Shown: positions 60,001 through 64,000 of the stretch, piece by piece
How positions within the stretch are numbered: position 1 is the first letter of the stretch
How the letters are laid out: every line of letters starts with the position of its first letter
Source: Takakia lepidozioides
Lineage: Eukaryota > Plantae > Bryophyta
DNA: 64,000 nt
Direction of reading: 5' to 3'
NCBI GenBank assembly: GCA_030704615.1
Contig: CM060734.1
Span: forward strand, 54,374,001-54,438,000
Made by a program: the position numbers and the translations under genes
The notes under the pieces: generated by a model
What the model saw: only the letters and a program-made list of their open reading frames with translations
Told to the model about the DNA's origin: nothing
Database searches by the model: none

Positions 60001-61450
60001 ACTTCCTCTTTGTCATCAAACAAGTGTTTCTCTCTTCTTCTTCTCATCGATGGCTCATAGGAAGAAATTTGCGGTAGTTGGGATACACCATCTTGTGAAG
60101 ATGGCGGGAGCTATGTGCATCAAGATCATCGCCACAATGCAAGCATGCATGGTACCCTTTGGTGCTTAGCCCCGAGCAAACAGCTAGTCATGTACTACAC
60201 ATCCCGACACATTAGCAAAAACAAAAAGTTGTCATGTGCATGGCCCATAATGTCATCTACCCCACTACGGTGCACAAGACTGTTGCCGCTACTTCAATCA
60301 ATCCTAATCCTCATCGATATTATCCGGCATTGACAAGTGAATGTACGCGGGTTGTTCATGGGGAACATAATATACTTGGATAATCATGCATTGTCCAAAG
60401 CAAGATGCCTCTCATCTGAAAAGATTGTCCGGCCATAAGATCAAGTGAAGCATCCAATGTCGAGACCCCCCTCCATAGCTCCTTAAGTTCATCAACAAGA
60501 GGTCGCAAGTACGTGTCCATGTTTGCCACTTGTTTTTTCCCTATGAGACATTCACATCATTGTTTCAATGCTCCACCAATATGCAAATTATACTACAAAA
60601 TGAATTACACGTCTTACTCCATGATTATGTCACTCATCAATCTTGCATCCGAATTGCGTCAGAGATCAGAAGTTTAATGTAAAGTCTAAGGAAATAATAA
60701 ACATGAAATGAGTACATTCACTTGGCACAATGGCAGCCAATATGATACGACCTTTTTTAATTGAAAGATACGGAGGGATGTTGTAATTCACCATGGTCAC
60801 CGGCCAAGTGGAATGACTACATGACTGGATAGAGAATGGGTTGACCCCATCCGAGGAGAAGCCGAGGTGGACATGTCGTGGGTCCTCCAAGAGAAAAAAC
60901 CACATCTCTTCAATATGCATCTATGCTTGTGAATCTTGTGGCCCGCACACCTTTCCCGGGGGGCTCCGATGCGAGGCGTGCCATCTCATGAGTCTGGCCA
61001 ATTCGGGGCTTCGGTACTGTGCCCTCAATCGCGGGATGATTGGAAAGTAATGCATTTTCTATGATGACATACCCCACGTCCCCCACATGTAATCATCCCA
61101 TTAGCACACATAATACAACACCCTTATGTCTTTCCCTTTATGCAGCCTCTCCCTCATTTGGGTGTAAATGGTCAAAACCGAACGTCGTTCCTTCCACTCC
61201 TCACTCACTCCTTCCAAAACCACAATCAGATCTTGCATGAGTACTACTCTCTAAACCCTAAACTTTGTGGAATACACTTTACATACATTGAGAAGATTAA
61301 AGAAAGTAATCTCCATGCGAGGGGGAATGGCGCTTATACCTTGCGTGGTACTTTTTTCCCTTGGACATCATCTCGATATCGGTCTTTCTTGCACTTTGGG
61401 CACTTGGTGAGATGCGAATCCTCTCTGTAGTATAGGGTTTTATCACATGG
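57051..61450 (-). mobile_element. Inverted 3' part of the CACTA element with TnpD exons at 59074-61450
   Basis: PCDKTLYY..CPKCKKDRY, YFPIIPRLR..LMRWHA, LGFSSDGVNPF..HSTWPV..YNIPP, GLKSHDYH, FFDIQVHLVVHL. GCGAC repeats at 57070-57365 and a TACTA (decayed CACTA?) terminus at 57051. Confidence 0.82.
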
Positions 61451-62172
61451 TGTCGCGGCCCTTTGCCTTGAGGGCAGGGGGTCGGGACACATGAGGGGCT
61501 GCCCCTGTGGTGGGGGCAGCGGCAGCGATAGGTATAGGGGGGGCTGAAGCACCCTTGAGTGCCCAAGGCACTCAGGGAAGCAGAGGCGCTCACTAGGTGA
61601 AGCCCCGCACACCGGGTTGCGGTGGGGGTGGCTCCACAAGGGGTGGTGGTAGCTTAGTGGGACTTAGTGGGGGTGGCATTGGACTCACCATGGGGGCGGA
61701 GACCTCGTGGTGGGAGTCGTGGGGAGTCTTGGGACTCATCACGGTCCATAGGGGCCGTGGTGAGCGGGCCAAGACTCACCGCGACTCACCACCGGAATTG
61801 AGGGTCTTCGTGGTGGTTCGCCATAAAATGGCATGGCTGGTTGTGAAACCCCCGGACAGCTACAGAAGTATATATAGGGAGTAGTAACCCCGAGAACGGT
61901 GCAAGCCCGTTGGTGACCAAAAACTAGTGAGTAAGCGAGCGAGCCGGAAAGCGACCAAAGAGTGGGGAGCTGTTCCGGACTGCCATCTACCAAAGGGAAT
62001 TCCACTAGGCCCAAATAGGTGGAGGGTCTTTCGGGAGAGTGAAGGGGGACCATTATGTCCGGTGAGCAGCCGAAGCTCCAAGTTGGCCCGGCGGCCGGTT
62101 GGGGTCAGGCGCGCGCATCAAAGCGAGTAACTATGACTTGAGGGGGAGCTTACCGAAGTGAGGTGCGCGACA
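61451..62172 (+). repeat. 5' LTR of a Gypsy element
   Basis: TGTCGCGG...GCGCGACA followed by a Met PBS; 5' flank CATGG. Confidence 0.93.
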
Positions 62173-62174
62173 CT

Positions 62175-62186
62175 TGGTATCAGAGC
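62175..62186 (+). other. Primer binding site, tRNA-iMet
   Basis: TGGTATCAGAGC. Confidence 0.92.
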
Positions 62187-62227
62187 TTAGAGTTCAGTAC
62201 GCGATCGTCCTTGGGATTGGCCTCATC

Positions 62228-64000
62228 ATGGGGTCGGGCAAGCCGAAGCGAAAGCGGAACGGCCCAAAAGATGATGATCCCGGTGAGCCCGATGGGGGCG
62301 GCGTGTCACCGAGGCGGCCGTTTGAGGAAGCGATGCATGTTTCCGAAAACGAGGCCGCCCAAGAGCGGGAGGATCCGAGGAGTCGGAGCCCGAGGAATCC
62401 TTGAGAGCTCCGACAAACCAAGAGATGCCTCCCATGCCGGCAGCCTTTTGGGAAGGGTTGTTGGCGCAGTTTGGCGGGACGTTGAAAGACGTGTTGAAGG
62501 CGGCTAATGCCACTTCCGCTAAGGCAAAGTTTAAGGTGAAGCCTAAGGAACCAGGCACCTTCGAGGGCGTCCGGAATCGGAAGGCACTCAACACCTGGCT
62601 CTTGGAGCTAGAGCAATACTTCCGGGCGGCCAAGTTGAGTGACGAGGATCGGGTGGAAGTGGCTCCCACCTATTTGAGGGGCTATGCTCAACAATGGTGG
62701 CAGAAACGCCTTCCCGACCGAGGTCCAAGCCCGGAAATCTTGAACTGGAGTGGGTTCAAGGAATTGATGAAGACAGTGTGCCCCTCAACGCGTCCTGGCT
62801 CGCCCGGGACAAGATGAGGAATTTGAAGCAAACAGATGACATTCGGGGATATGTCCAGGCTTTCAATGTGCTGTTGCTCGAAGTCGCGGACATGGCAGAA
62901 CCAGAAATGGTCTTCAACTTTGTGGCGGGATTGGCCCCATGGGCCAGGCGGAAGTTGGAGGAGAAGCCACCCAAGACTTTGAACGAGGCTATTGAGAGGG
63001 CTGAATGTTTCTCAGATGTCCCTAGGGGTGAAAGACAAGGCCGTACGGAGCTGAACCACAAGAAGATTCGGCGGAAGGTGACTCCTCCCGACCGGAAAAG
63101 AAGTGGGATAGGCCACGCGGCAAAAATGGCACGTGGAAATCGAAGGGAGGGCCTTCACACGTCAAGGCGGCACCCGGTGCTTCGAAAGGAAAAGCGGGTG
63201 GAGCGGCTTATGGCGGACAGAAGGCGACCTTTGATGGAGTGTGTTTCAATTGCGGGGAGCCCGGGCACATGGCCAAGAAGTGCACGAAGCCCCGGCAATT
63301 GAACATGACTCGGGCGACCATGGAGCTGTCGGAAGATACCATCAGTCGCTTGGTGGAAGCGGTGGTCGCCAGGACTTGCAAGGTAGGCAAATTTTCTTGT
63401 GAGTTGTATCAGGAAACTGGCGCCTTACGAAAGGGAGTCAGTTATTGTTCGTGGATGGGATAATATCCGGAACTAATGTGTCGTTGTTAGTGGACACAGG
63501 AGCGTCGCACTCCTTCATGACACCGGCAACGGCACAAAAGCTGGGACTCCCGACAAGTGACGTGGGGGCCTCTATTGAGGTGCGTTCTACCAAAGGAGAA
63601 CCACAGTTGGCGACAAGGTTGGCGATTGATGTTCCTCTTCAACTGGGGAGTTGGGAGGGACGTGAGAACTTCACCATCTGCGAGATCGATGGAGTGGATC
63701 TCATTTTGGGGATGACTTTTTTGAGCAAATCTGGAGCGGTCATAGATGGCCGCAAGAGAGTAGTCACGCTGCCATGTGGGAATGGTGGCAAGGTTTTACG
63801 AGTGTCAGAAACGCCCAAATCCGTGGGAGGGCGAATAAACCTTCTGTCAGCAAAGGAGTGGGCCGTGGAGGAGGCACACGAGCCCCACTTTTTGCTTTAC
63901 ATTAGAGAAGTGAAAGGAGAAGGCGATGGGGAGCCGAGCCCAGATTGGATCAAGGGGATTTTGGAGAAATACCAGGATGTGATGCCGGAGGATTTACCAA
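62228..64000 (+). pseudogene. gag: Gypsy gag-protease (frameshifted), running off the window
   Basis: KPKEPGTFEG..WLLELEQYF..AQQWW, LKQTDDIRGYVQAF, CFNCGEPGHMAKKC, LLVDTGASHSF, LILGMTFL. Confidence 0.9.

Overview
Repeat-dense eukaryotic genomic DNA, most likely from a non-seed land plant (spliceosomal introns, PLS-type PPR remnants, plant TE lineages), with no intact ordinary host gene. The main novelty candidate is a Mutator-superfamily DNA transposon at 1-14080 whose left end lies outside the window. It carries (i) a GCM-domain/DDE/SWIM transposase on the minus strand, (ii) a divergent ~10-exon gene fusing a ParB/Srx-like domain to a beta-class N4C/N6A DNA methyltransferase fold, and (iii) arrays of a 22-bp palindrome (GGAAATGCGG-NN-CCGCATTTCC) on a 53-bp, five-helical-turn register, with single copies in three introns. 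The rest is nested TEs: a near-intact non-chromovirus Ty3/Gypsy element with extra 5' and 3' ORFs (15233-28745) and two degenerate copies, CACTA remnants (one carrying a SET-domain gene and split by an LTR insertion plus an inversion), chromovirus-type, PHD-integrase and LINE fragments, and tandemly amplified PPR pseudo-exons linked to OSB-type PDF motifs. Many single-base frameshifts may be long-read errors rather than decay. All calls are by eye; no database searches were run.
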